From: Felis catus
Lineage: Eukaryota
Assembly (NCBI RefSeq): GCF_018350175.1
Contig: NC_058383.1
Location: 30,816,001 to 30,880,000, forward strand
Length of the DNA stretch: 64,000 nucleotides
Reading direction: 5' to 3'
Position 1 is the first letter of the stretch. Every line of letters begins with the position of its first letter. Below, in pieces: positions 25,441-37,760 of the stretch. Below the pieces are notes generated by a model that was given only the letters and a program-made list of their open reading frames with translations, had not been told where the DNA came from and did no database searches. The translations under genes were made by a program, and so were the position numbers.

Positions 25441-25580
25441 ACAAAGAAGGGCATCAGCTGCACCAGGGTCTCCTTCTTGGGGCTGGCGGCAAACTCGGGG
25501 GCCACCTGGATGACCTTATTCATGACGCTGCGCAGGTAGTTCTGCAGCTGCTTCCTCCGCTCCTCCACAAACTTGGCATC
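25441..25580 (-). CDS. SNX29: Internal coding exon of sorting nexin 29 (C-terminal part of PX domain), probably the penultimate exon
   Basis: Minus strand reads ...CTGTTTTCTCAG|GATGCCAAG...CCCTTCTTTGT|GTAAGT (canonical acceptor and donor, 140 nt, phase 0 to 2). Translates DAKFVEERRKQLQNYLRSVMNKVIQVAPEFAASPKKETLVQLMPFF(V), which matches the SNX29 C-terminal region as I recall it; the EERRxxLQxYL motif is typical of PX domains. Not in the ORF track. Confidence 0.93.
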
Positions 25581-26099
25581 CTGAGAAAACAGACACACAG
25601 GGCCGCTCAGGCGCTCACTCTTTCCTCTTCAGAAAACCACCCATAGAAGATACAAGCGACTGGTCATCACCACCCAGATGGCTGAAGTCGACCTGAGCGA
25701 TTGCCGCGAGCAAAGGGTATACGTAAGGCTTCCCACGTGCGATCCTGTTGAATCAACAGGGAAGACGTTCATGATATTATTACTAAGAGGGGGACAACAG
25801 ATCCATGAAACCACCTACAGTGTGTTCCCATGAATAAATGAAGTCTTAGCAACTGTGTCTGTTGTTTACAGAGGACCTACAATGTGCCAAGGCGGTGAAG
25901 GGGCCAGGGGACCTGACAGTGAGCAAAGCCGGTCACTGCTGTGTTGCTGGTGGAGGTCACAGGCCAGTGTAGGACTCACAGATAAATCCAGGCACCACAC
26001 AGGTCCAAGCTGCTTCCCAGAGACAGTGTTTGATTTACCATCATGGGAAGTTTCTAAAATATGAATCAGTCATCACTATTTAAGAAAGATTTTACTGAT

Positions 26100-26322
26100 G
26101 GGGCACTTGGGTGGCTCAGCTGTTCAGCGTCTGATTCCTGATTTTGGCCCGGGTCATGATCTCATGGTTTGTGAGATCAAGCCCCACGTCAGGCTCTGTT
26201 CTGACACGTGTCTGCTCGGGATTCTCTCTCCTCTCTCTGCCCCTCCCCCAATGGCACGTGCACATTCTCTCTCTCTCCAAATAAATAAGCACAAAAAAAA
26301 AAAAAAGATTAAACAAAGAAAG
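26100..26322 (+). mobile_element. Can-SINE
   Basis: ggggcacttgggtggctcag...ggtcatgatctc; long A tail; TSD aagaaagatt(t/g)ta(c/t)tga. Confidence 0.93.
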
Positions 26323-27039
26323 AAGAAAGATTGTATTGAGAAGTTCCATCTTCCCTTGAAAAACCAGGATACCGGGAGCACGGGACCATGCCAGGCTGGG
26401 GGCTGTGCAGAATGGCTTGGGAGGCAGGCACAGGGCCCCAGGTCTATGCAGTCTCTACCCTCGGTGTTCTGGGGCTCCGTCCTCTGACCCTCCACCGTCG
26501 TGGCTGCTTGGCCCTCGGCGGCGGGGCTGGTGGCCCAAGCATGCCTGCCAGGAACTACAACAAGATTGTGTGGCCTGTCCTGCTCATGCGGATCTGCACC
26601 GGGGGGCCGTGGCTCATGACAAAGAAACCCTGGCTAGCGTGAGGGGCAGGAGACTCCTCTGTGAGAGTGATGCTCTTCCTAGATGGAAGAACCACATGAG
26701 GTGAGTAAGGGAAGGGGAGAGAGAGGGCAGGTGGAGGAATGAGGTCATCCGACCTCACAAGAACATGAGAAGACAGGGGACTATTCTCACGTGACAAATG
26801 AGCAAGTGGCAGCCTAAGAGGGTCTGGGTGAATTGTGCACGAGGTCCCACGGATGGAGCATGGCCCTCAGCCCCGCCCTCTGTCCTGTGCCAGCGTGACC
26901 TCAAAGAGGGGCTCCGTCAACAGTCAGCTGAATGAGGCCGTGCCCAGAGGCACCCGATCCCGGTATGTGCCCGAATCTCGGGAGAAGAGTCCCCACAAGG
27001 CCCTGCCAAGGACCTGAGCACGGCAGGGGGATTCTTTTA

Positions 27040-27263
27040 GTGCTGCCCGATTTGGCAAGTGAAAACACAGGATGCCTGGCGATATCTGAGTTTCAGATAA
27101 ACAACGCATAATTTTTCAGTATTCATAACTCAATATTCAATAATTCATGATTCAATAATTTTTCAGTATTCAACTCTACGCCACACACTGGAACTAAGAA
27201 ATTACTCACTGTTTATCTGAGATTCATATTTCGCTGGGCATCCTGTATTTCACCCGGCAGCCC
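27040..27263. mobile_element. MER53 palindromic hAT MITE
   Basis: Inverted arms acaggatgcctggcgatatctgagtttcagataaaca (27067-27103) and tgtttatctgagattcatatttcgctgggcatcctgt (27210-27246). Confidence 0.88.
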
Positions 27264-27370
27264 TTCCAGGACATGGGGTGGGAGGAAAGGTCACAGAGCT
27301 TCTGCGGCCGGCAGGCTCCCCAGATCCCTTCCAGGTCACAGCAAGGGGTTCCTGCCCAGGGCCACCCCCG

Positions 27371-27426
27371 CGAGCTGCCTCAGCACGGCCCTCCTCCACG
27401 AGCTGCCTCAGCACGGCCCTCCTCCA
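27371..27426. repeat. Perfect 28-bp tandem duplication
   Basis: cgagctgcctcagcacggccctcctcca x2. Confidence 0.95.
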
Positions 27427-30400
27427 GAGGGTGAGAGCACTAAGGGCTGCCAAAGCCACTCCAAGTCCCGGCCCAGCGCGGCCCCAGACAGGGGCTCCGG
27501 GCTCCCGTGGCCTGGCGGGAGGCGCGCCGGGCCGGAGAGCAGCAGCCGGTCATGGCACAAGGTGCAGCCACTTGTGCTGCGTTCCTGGTCTGATGGCCAG
27601 GTGCTGCTCTATGGCTTCTGAGTTTCGACCCATCGTTAGGCACTGAGATGCTCCTTCTGGGGAAGGGGGTTCACGTGGCCACATAGTGCCAAACGGAGTC
27701 CATCGGGCCTAAGTTCTAAGGGGCACGAGAAGCCCACAGGCCCGCCTGAGAGGCTGTCGGAGGACCACCAAGGAGCCTGTGAGCCCCACAAGTCTCTCCG
27801 TTTTTGCAGCAGGGAATACTTAACACCCTCTCAAGCAAGAAGGGGAGATGGGGGAAGGCTCCCCACTCTCCTATGGGGCTGGGCTGGGCAACAGGATCCT
27901 AGGGAGGCCAGAATGCTCAAAATGAAGGTGGGAGGAAGCTACCCAGGGGTGGAAAGTGTCTATTTTCCCTGGTCTCAGTGCCTCTTCTCACCAAGGTCCC
28001 AGGGGCAGGAGTGACGTGGCGGAAGGATGATCACCCTGGAAGAATCCCAAATCCTTCCAAGAACTCATTGCTCCAGAGCGCCGGGCCCTGGAACCCTAAC
28101 CAGCCCCTGAGAAAACCCGACGTGGCAGCACCGAACTTGACATGTGGGCAAGTTTTACCTGAGCCATTCAGAGCAAGCGCGGGTATTTGCGGGATCTTTA
28201 CTCACGCTGTGCACTGAGCTCTTTCCTTGGGCCGCACGCTCCCATCTGACGCTGGAGACGGAGGCTCAGAAAGAATAAGGCACATGCCCGAGGGCTCAGA
28301 ATCGGGAGACAGATGGGCAGGGTCCCAGGTCTCCAACCAGGGCACAGTCAGAGCCACCCCCAATCCAGAAGACATTCTCCAATTTATAGCAGAGAAACCT
28401 ACGGGTCCTGCAAACCACAGGCTTCCCTAAGACAGAACTCAGTTCAGAGAAATTCCACTTGGGGTCAGCTCTGGCTGAAGCCATGTATCGCGCAGAGGGA
28501 AGGAAGCCTGTCACCTCAACGCTGGTGCCCGACTGCCAACCTCTACCAGGGACATCGCTTCCCTCGGGTCTCAATCCGCTTCATGAGTCCTCGCCCGTGA
28601 TTTTGGCAGAGCTCCGTGGGGCAGGGAAGAGGGCAGAACCGTTCACGAAAGACCTTTTTTTCCCGTGACTGTCCTTTCATTTTTACTTTTTTTTTTTTAT
28701 TCTGGAAATTGCATAAAGCGGAGCAAACGGTACCACAAATCCCCACAACCCTTTATCTAACAAAGCCTTAGCCCTTTTGCGCGTTTGCCTCACCGTTGCT
28801 TTTGGTGAAGGTATCTTACAGAAAATGACAGCCACCGTGATACTTCACCACTAAGGGCTTTGGTACGATTTCAGAGCTAAGCAGTCCTGCCCTCGTTGGC
28901 TGGAAGCACAGACCCAGCATGTCTGCCGGCCCGCTCTCCCTGGGCCCCTGGCCTCCGTGGGCCCCTAGAAAACCATCCAAGAGACCGCACTGCGGGATGA
29001 TCACACCAGATGACAGTCCCTCAGGTGGGAAGCACGAGCCACACTGCCATCTACGGTCAGGTGGCTAAACCAGTGGGAGCCTCAGGCTTCCCATCCATAA
29101 AATGGCGGCAAGGATGGGCCCACCTCATTCAGGACGACCCAGGCTAAGCGCCTGGTAATCAGCATCTTCTGGAGGCTGTGACTGATGCCGATCCACCAGC
29201 AACTTCTATGTGGATGAGGTGATGACCCATGCTCCTGATGCCTTAGGCCTTTCCTCTTGGCCTGGAATACCTTGACATTTAAGTCTCTACTCTTGTGCCC
29301 CCACCACGGAGAGACCCTCCAGGATACCCCTGCTAACGATGTCCTGTTCTCTGTTCTTCAAGGTCCTCACCACTGCTTCATCATGTGCCTCTAGCTTCCC
29401 CACCTTCCTTGAACGATCTACGTCCCAGGGAGGCAGGGCCATTACCTGTCTGGTTCCCCCCAGTATCACAGAGCCCAATGCAGTGTCTGGAGATCATGAG
29501 AAGCCCCATAAGCATTCACTGCAAGATAACAGAATAAACATAGGGGATGAATTCAGGGGCGGGGAAGCAGGCCACCAGACAGAGTGGTTGGAAAGCTGTT
29601 GCCAAGTCCAAGGAGAGAGGACAAAGACCCCAGAGGGGGAGTGGTATGGAGGAAAGGAGGCTAGCCTCCAAATGTCCTCAGGCAGGGAGAAGACAGAAGG
29701 CTGGGAGCTGGTTCTTCAGAGACCCCACTTGTCACACGGGGGCGCCCTGGAGGAGATCACTGTCCTGTCAGAGCCTGTCCCCACAGGGTCGGTCCAGTGC
29801 TTAAGGGGACAGGACAGATTTCCATTCGTTGGTTGGGCTCCTGGGGCTGCAGTGTGAGAAGTGAAGGGAGGGGATGGAAGCCAGCTCAAGGAACCTGCCA
29901 GACTCCTCTGGGGGCCCCCTCCTGAGCTGTGGTGGCCCTGCTATTGTTTTGTGACCCTAGAGCCATTAGCAGTGCTGGGGCTCAGTCCTCGCCTCCGCCT
30001 CTGAAAAGAACACTCAGGGCTATCTTACTATGAGCATTTGCTTTCCTCCAGAAAGGTTAATTTCATTTTGAGTCTCGAGAAGACAAGGACACCGTCACAT
30101 CAAGAGCAGCAATTTTAAAAACGATGGCACACTGTAAACAAGACAATAAGCCATGCTTCCTAGAGCAAACGCTCGCCCCCCCACCCCAGCCCCTCCACTT
30201 TCTGGCATGGTCTTCCCTGGGCTGGCCTTCTCAGCCAAATGCCCCCCCACCCCCTGAGGGGACCTGCCCTGGGGCCACCCTTCCTGGGAGCTGCCTGCCA
30301 GGTGGGCAGGGGTGACTGTGCATTTCCAGAGTCCGTTTTTATTTTCATTGAAGAATGTCATGGCATTTTATAAAATAAATTGGAGGTCTGGTTCCATCAG

Positions 30401-32917
30401 GAGGAGTGAGCAGCTCAGGCCTTGTTGAGAAGCAGCTACTCCAGAGTCAGCTGATCTGACACTGTGTCACTGGCTGGAGAATTCTCTGGCTAGGAGAGTC
30501 CCTCCCAGGCCCAATTCTGAGGGGACTGGCTCACCCAGCCCATTTCTTCTTCCTGGGAACATGGAAGACAAGATTCCCAGTGTCCTTGTGGCGAGGTGGG
30601 AGCCACGGACCGGGCCTGGTGGATGCCACGTGAGGCAACCACGTCCAGGGCTTGCCACAGAAAGGCCAGCACCCTGCAACCCTCCCCCGCTCTCGTCTTC
30701 CTCTGGGAGTGCGGAGGCCACGCGGGCCAAGTGGCAGAACCACCTGCAGGAAGGAGGGCCACCGGAGCCACTCTCTCTGTACCAGGTGTGCCCTGAATGA
30801 GAGATTAACTTCGCTGCCAAAGCCACAGAGTTCCAGATTTGCGCCACATGGCAGGAGAGGTACTCGGGCCAATTCGGCGGATTCACGCATGACACGCTCA
30901 CTGGTGTTCGGGGTACGCCTGCCTTTGTCCAAGGCAGCATGCCTCGAAAGAATGTGCGCCGGTTAACACACGGGGCCCCTGCCCTCGAGGAGCTTAGAGG
31001 CTCCTGGGGAAGGAGACCAGGAGCAGGCAGACAAATACATCCCAGTGAGTGCTCCGGGAGAGATGGGTGTGGGCTGGACAGGAGGAAAGAAGACAGACTG
31101 GCTGGGGCGGTGGGGGTGGTGGTGGTTACCACTCCCCCGGGGAGCGCCTCTTCCATAGGCGCTTTAATCCACAGAGGCCCACGGAGACTTTGGAGAGAGG
31201 AGGCGGAGGCAGAGGGCGAAGTCGGCACCTACGTGCTCACAACTCCTGTGCCTGCTTCCTGGGGCTGTGCGCATCCGTCTGCTCTCAGGCTGGGGGACAG
31301 AAAGGTGCCCGTCAGGGAACAGCCAGGGCAGGCCAAGGGCCACGGCGAGACGGAGCCCAGATGCAGGAACAAGGAGGGGGAGCCGGCAGGGGCGGGCCAG
31401 GAGGTCAAGTTAGAGAACGTGGACTCTACCCTCGGGACCATGGGTGTTTCCAAGCAAGAGAGTGACCATCAGCTACTCCTTCCCTGAGACAGAAAAGCAA
31501 TTCTGACTCTCCAGACTTGACGAGCTCTGTTTGGTCTCTGTCACTGGGTTGTATCTCAAGGGTACTGAAAACCTGCCTTTCTCCTTTCACGTATGGGTCA
31601 GCCGGGAGGTGCAGACGCCGCCGATGGAGGCCGCAGGCCCAGGCCTCAGCGCCCCCCGCAGCAGGCACAGCTCGCTGGCTGCAAAGCAGCAAGCTCTGCT
31701 GTGTTCCGGGTGTGATGCCTGAGCACTTGTTTCCAGGGAGACTGTTATGCAATCGCTAATTGGGAAGTGAGGAGAGAAAATTCACGCAATTGCCACTTTC
31801 ATCACTTTCCATGGAGGCAACCGAGAGCAATGAATTGTCGCACACGATGGACCCCCGTACAGCTTCCTGAACGCCACCGAGCCCCTTGTGTAAGCCTCTG
31901 ACCGGGTATCTTTAGCGAAGCTACAGGAAGTATCTCTACTTGATTAACTCAGGGAAACAATAAGGGTGCAAACTTGGAAAAGGTAACTGTGCTTCTCATC
32001 TTTACGCTGAGAACGGGCTCCAAGCGGCCATGGTGGGGGTGGGGGGTGTCCCGAGGATCACACCGGGGCTGAAGAGCCAGATAAGTGACCTGGCTGGTTC
32101 AAAGAGGCCTCGCTTAGGCTGTTTCCCAGGTGCTCCTGCGCTGGAATGCAGAAGCCAAGAGGGGAAGGAGAAGGCTTCATCTGGAGAGTTCGGGCAGGGG
32201 AGGGAGAGGAAGCCTGCGATGTGTCTCTAAGGTGTCCCTGGGGAGGACCCCATGCCCTCAGTCTCCACAGACACCCACAAATTCAGGAGTCAGAGTCACT
32301 GCCCTTCTGAAGGGACAAGGGGAGCAATGTCCTGGTGATTATAATTACTTCACCCCAGCAGCTCAAGCCCAGCATCAATCACTGAGCAAGTAGTCGGTGA
32401 TGGGCCAGGAAGGACAGAGCAATCCAAGAGACAGGCGTAACCCTACGGACGTCACAGTCTCCCTCTCCAACAGCCCACGGCCAGGAGATGCTCTACACAT
32501 CGTTCATACATCCAAGCAGCCGGCAGGCACCAGACACTGGACTCCCTTCGCCAGCCGCGCTCCCTAGACGCCAGGCTGCACCAGGGCCTGTGGGGAGAAG
32601 ATGCCAGAAGAGGCCACCATGAGAGCGCCCCGAGAGATGCACCTAGAATCCCTTTGTTCTTCTAATGTTTCCAGGAGGCCGATGGGCCCAGCGCTGAGCT
32701 GGGGGCCCACGAGACTCATGACAAGTCTCAGCACCAGCGCTCGGGCCCAGTGGTGGGCAACAGGCAGGCATTTCATTAACAAAACTCTGTGGCAAAACAG
32801 AAGAGCTTCTAGGGGAAGGTAGTGTTTCCTTCTAGCCAGCCTGGTATGGGAGAGGGTTTGGGAAGCAGAAGGCACTGTGGGCCTTGGTCTGGGGAGGTGA
32901 GTGGGATTTCCATAGAT

Positions 32918-33118
32918 GGAGGCAGGAGGGAGGCCCAGGGATGAGGGCCCAGGGGTGAGGGGAGCCTCCCGAAGGGGAAGCAGGGGGGAGGCCCAGGGGC
33001 AAGAGCCCAGGGGTGAGGGGAGCCTCCCGAGGGGGAGGCAGGGGGGAGGCCCAGGGACCAGGGGAGCCTCCCGAGGGGGAGGGAGGAGGGAGACCCGAGG
33101 ATGAGGGTCTGGGGGAGG
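32918..33118. repeat. G-rich minisatellite, about 58-bp unit, about 3.5 diverged copies
   Basis: Repeated ggaggcagg..ggaggcccaggg...cccaggggtgaggggagcctcccga. Confidence 0.85.
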
Positions 33119-33989
33119 TGGCAAGCAGGACTGAGGAAGCTGGGTGGAGGCGTGGACAGACTGCAGCAGGGCTGGAGCTGGGCTGTGGGGAGAGTCCCAG
33201 GTTAAGGCCGGAAGTCACTGAGGTGTGAAGGAGACAACAGGTGCACATGGGGGCTGGGGAACTCGGCAGGGGAGAGGAAGGGGGGACGGTTTGATGCTCC
33301 CACCTCACAGGGACCACTCTGAGAGCTTTCCATGAATTTACCCCTTACTCCTGGCTGCCTCCTGTGGGGCTGGGACCACCACCCCACCTCACGGCTGGGA
33401 AGACGGAGGCACAGAGAGATGAACGCCTGCTAGGCTCACAAAGAGTCCGGGCGGAGCTGGGATTTGAAACTGGATGGGGGTGGGGGCGGAGCACACCCAC
33501 CAGGTCATGCGGCCCCAGAGTGCCTCTTGAGTCTGGTGGGCTGAGAACGGGCCAGTCATGGAACGTCAAGGGCAGACCCTAAACCCCTCTCGGCCTCCAG
33601 GATAAAAGTCCCAGTGACTGGGCAGAGGTGCTTCGGCATCCGGTGCAAGGAGTCACCTCAAGCTCCGCTCCCGTCCACTTCCCGGGCAGAAACCTCCAGG
33701 GGCTCCCCGGGGCCTCCGAGGTCAACCTCAAGGTCCCTCTCACGGCACCAAAGGCCCTTTGTCACCCAGCTGCCACGGGCCTGTCGGCTGCCCCCTCTCA
33801 CCTGGGCAGGGCTCTGGTCCCACAGCCCAGGAAGAGGCTGTCACCTCCCAACTCAAGCTCCGTTGTCTAACGTAAGCGCTTCCCCCAACCCCCTGGGACA
33901 GGTGATTGCCGCCTTTTGGCCACAGACCCTGGACCCAAGCGCACGGTGGCCTCCCGTCACTCCACACGGAAGTCTCTCCTGTCGGCCAG

Positions 33990-34545
33990 GAGCTTCTCCA
34001 GGACACGGACTGGTTTGCTCACTGCCCTCTCCATCTGCAGTACTGAGCACCAGGCATGGCTCTTGGCAGACGAGGGGCCAGAGCGCCTCCTGCCCCACCC
34101 AACGCCCCCCATCTAGAATATCCCCACGTCCTCATTGCGGCACCAAGGCCACCAGGCCCCAGCTCCTCCCATCTTCCTGGGTCCCATGTCTGCCCACTCC
34201 CCTCACTACTGGGGAACCGCGTGGACTCCACCCACTCTCATTACTGGGGAACCTCCCAGAACATGCCAAGCCTGCTTCTATCTCTGAGCCTTTGCACTTG
34301 CTGCTTCCGTCTGGATGCCCTCCATCCAGATACCTGCATGGCTCCTGTCAGCATCTCCCCATCTCTTCCCAAAGTCCCTTATGCTCAAGTAAGAGGCCCT
34401 CTTACCCACTCTGGTGCCTTCCCTACCCCTTTATTTTTGTGCGGTGATGACAATAATGTCTCCGGTGCCTGGTGACAGTATCTGGCATCCAGCAGGTTCT
34501 TGGTAAGTGTGGACTGACCAGACTCTGCTGAACCTTTTGATGCAT
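33990..34545 (+). mobile_element. L2 fragment
   Basis: gaacatgccaagcctgcttc...gagcctttgcacttgctgcttcc...ggtgcctggtgacagtatctggcatccagcaggttct. Confidence 0.65.
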
Positions 34546-37539
34546 GTGCCGCTCCCTCCAAGGCCCCTTCGGCTCCTCTCCGGCTGCACGGTTAGGCACA
34601 GAGAAGCTAAGGAGTCGGCCTGAGCTCGCGGAGCTAGTGGGTGAGCGGTCTGGAGGTGCAACGCAGGCCCAGGTCACGGCTCGGTGTAGAGCCCACACCA
34701 CAACCACTGAGCTGGGGCTCCAGTTCCCCGCAGCGGTGCCGCCAGAGTCCCCGCTAACATGCACTTCTGCTCCTGGAAGGGTAAGCCGTTCTCAACTGTC
34801 AGGTGATGGCCACGAACGAGAGCAGGGCCCCTAGGCTACCTGGAAGAGCAGACTCCCGGGGCCCCGGTGGGGACGTCACCAGATGCAAACTGCATCTGCC
34901 CTTAGAGGGGTCCCAGGCTCTACTATCGCAGGCTTCTGGGTTGCCTTGTGGGTGAGCTCTGGTCTACCTCTTGTCCAGCCTGCATTTCCCCATGGATCTG
35001 TTCTGCAGACCCAGGCGGTTCCCAGAGAAGCCTCCTCCGACCCACCGCCCATCCCTTTCCCACCGCGTCTTCCCACGGCATGGAGCTGGCGTGAGCTCTA
35101 GAGGTGAGTGCGGGGCAAACCCTCGAAGCTCACGGGCATGAAAAACTAGTGACTAGAACTCTCCATTATGAGGTGACACCAGAGAGACCAGTGTCTTCAC
35201 CTCAAGCCTGGGGTGACAACCTATCTCAGGTCCTTGTCTCATGCAGCTGAGGCTCCCTGTGCCTTGGGGCAGGTGAGGGGTCACACGCTGGGCACCCGGG
35301 TCCTGGTCTCATGCTGCCCCCCATGTTTTGCACGTCCCTGGGAATGCCGGGTTCCTTCTGAGCCTCAGCTTCCTCACGTGTGAAGGGAGCGGACAGGTCC
35401 AGGACCCCGCAGCCTCCTTCCCGGGCAGAGGGTAGAGACATTACTCGCCACACCCAAAGGCGACAAGCGGTACCGGGATCTGGACGGAGAAGGAGTGTCA
35501 GGTCTCAGAGACAGGGAGCTCGCAGAGCCTGCTGGACTGCTGAGCCTCTGCACAGGTGGTAATGGACGACCTCCAAGGCGATCTCGCTTCCCAAATCCGT
35601 AGGAAACACGGAAGGCTGGAACTGAGAATCTGGACTTCCAGACCCAAACTGTACCCTGGTGTCTGCACTCGTTAAACTGCCCTCAACCTATTTGGTGAGG
35701 GTGCCTATTTGGTGAAGCACCTGGGTGTGGGGAAGGCAAAGGAACCATGAACCCTGCCTGTCTAACGAGTAACAGGGCTCCCACGACCTAAAAACATCTG
35801 CACAGCAGAAGCACACAGAGTAACAGCAAGCATAGTAATATCGAACACAGGAGTACTTACTGCGTGACGTGTTTTAAGTGCTTTGTACCTAACTATCAAG
35901 CAGAGTTTCCTCAAAATGAGTTTCCGAGGTAGTCCTACCATGAGCCCATCTCACAAACGAGGAATCAGAGGTGCGGGGGGCAGAAGGGCCGTGCCCAAGC
36001 TCTGGGATCCGGTGAATCACACAGGTGGAGTGCGAACCAGGTCGTCTGACCCCGTCAAAAGCGCATGCTGACACCCCCGTGGAAAGGCCAAGGGGCTGCG
36101 GACAGCCGGACTGCCCCCCCCACCCCCGTATCTGAATCAGGACTTTCTGCACGACGCGCAGGCAGATTTAAGACTCTGTCGGCGGCCCAAGGCTGTGTTC
36201 TGACGGTCTCGGGGTGAAATATTGCCTGTGGTGGCAAGAAAAGGGCAGACTCAAGAGGACTCTTGGACCCGGATCCTGTCCACGCTTCGTTCAGGGAAAA
36301 GGCCACAGGCTTGGCACCCTCGCTCCTTCCCTTGGTCCCAGAGCCCCTCCTCCTCCTGCTCACACCGCTGAGCGCGCTGTGTTGAGCCCCACGAGTGATG
36401 AGACCTAACTAAACGGGGGAGGCAGATCGGACCCCCGGGGCTGGCATACAGCAGGTACAGCACGGCGGCTGGCCATCAGCACTCACCCGCTATCGGTGGA
36501 CTTCGCCGAACGTCAGAACAGAAAGCACACCCTGACCCCGCCTGCATCGAAGGCATACCCACGCCAGACGCCGACTGCGCGTTCAGGAAACAAAGCAATT
36601 CGCTCTTTCGGAAAAGCAACAGAAAACCCACACAGGCCCGAGCTACGTGTACACCGTCCTCCCAGAAGCTTCTGAGAGCAACAGAAAGAGCAATACTTAG
36701 GACACGGTTTACTGTGAGCTTCCTGTGTGCCACCCCTAGTTGAAGTGCCTCCTTGCATTATGTCACTGCAAGGGTTTTAGGAACTGGCTACTCACACCCC
36801 CATTTGGCAGATGAGGAAACTGAGGCTCTAAGAGATGAAGCGCCTTCTCTACAGTGAGGTGTTGGTGGGGGAACAGAGCTGGGCTCAGCTCACACCCACG
36901 ATACTCTCCTGCCTCTCGGCATCAATGGATTCCCAACCGCAGGGGACCTACAGCTTTACTAAAGACAGAAATCCAAAAGAAACTGGTCCTATATTCGCAC
37001 ACAGGGAACCAAATACCGTCATTCTACACACTCCCCCGGCCCCCGCTCCACACAGTGAGAAGTGACTATGGCTGGATGAATTCTCACCTTTGTATCAACA
37101 GAACCCCCGTCTGTGGGAAGGGACGATTAGGTGCACAGGCTTCGCCGCTGCCTCTTTTGCTGGAGGCGGGTTGGGTATGGCGGCCTGTCTCCCCCCTCCC
37201 CCACCACCTGCCCAATCCCCGTGCCACACAGGAGCGGCATCTCTTACCCCCTCCACGGTGCCTGGAACAGGCTGGGCCCTCGGCAGGACACGACAAATGA
37301 TCTCTCCTGGCAGGCCAGGAGCAGGCTCCGCTGCAGCTAAGCACGATTTTTCTCCGTCACTGACTTTGCAGCCGAGGGACAGTGTGGGCCCAGCAGCTGG
37401 GGACAGGGGAAAGGCTGGTTCGTGCATTTAATAGGAAGAACTCAGAAAGGAAAGAAGGGTGTTGCCCACAGACGAAAATCTCTTCCAGAACCACAAACTC
37501 AGCAGAACTGTGGGTGACACGAGCCACAGGACGGGGGAC

Positions 37540-37760
37540 AGGGCCAGCTGGGAAGGGGTACCACTCCTGTAATCCCGGAAACTTGGCCTGGCATAAACTC
37601 GGGCCCACTGTTGCCAGATCGCTGAGATTTTTATGTGAAACTTCAGATTTTAAAATGTTAAAAAATTATAAAAATATTTAAAGACTAGGCAGAGAAAACA
37701 AAACACAGAGAGCACGCCACACAAAGCCACCGGTGTGAGACAGACGAGCCCATCAGAGGC
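37540..37760 (+). mobile_element. hAT-Charlie relic (MER102-like)
   Basis: gggcccactgttgccagatc...gatttttatgtgaaacttcagattttaaaatgtt; similar relics near 15110-15330 and 51625-51780. Confidence 0.45.

Noticed and set aside
32918..33118. Spaced direct repeats as a CRISPR-like array
   Set aside because: Eukaryotic low-complexity tandem repeat with no unique spacers and no cas genes.
33614..34447. 277-aa Pro/Ser-rich ORF
   Set aside because: Largely overlaps a decayed L2; composition reflects C-richness.
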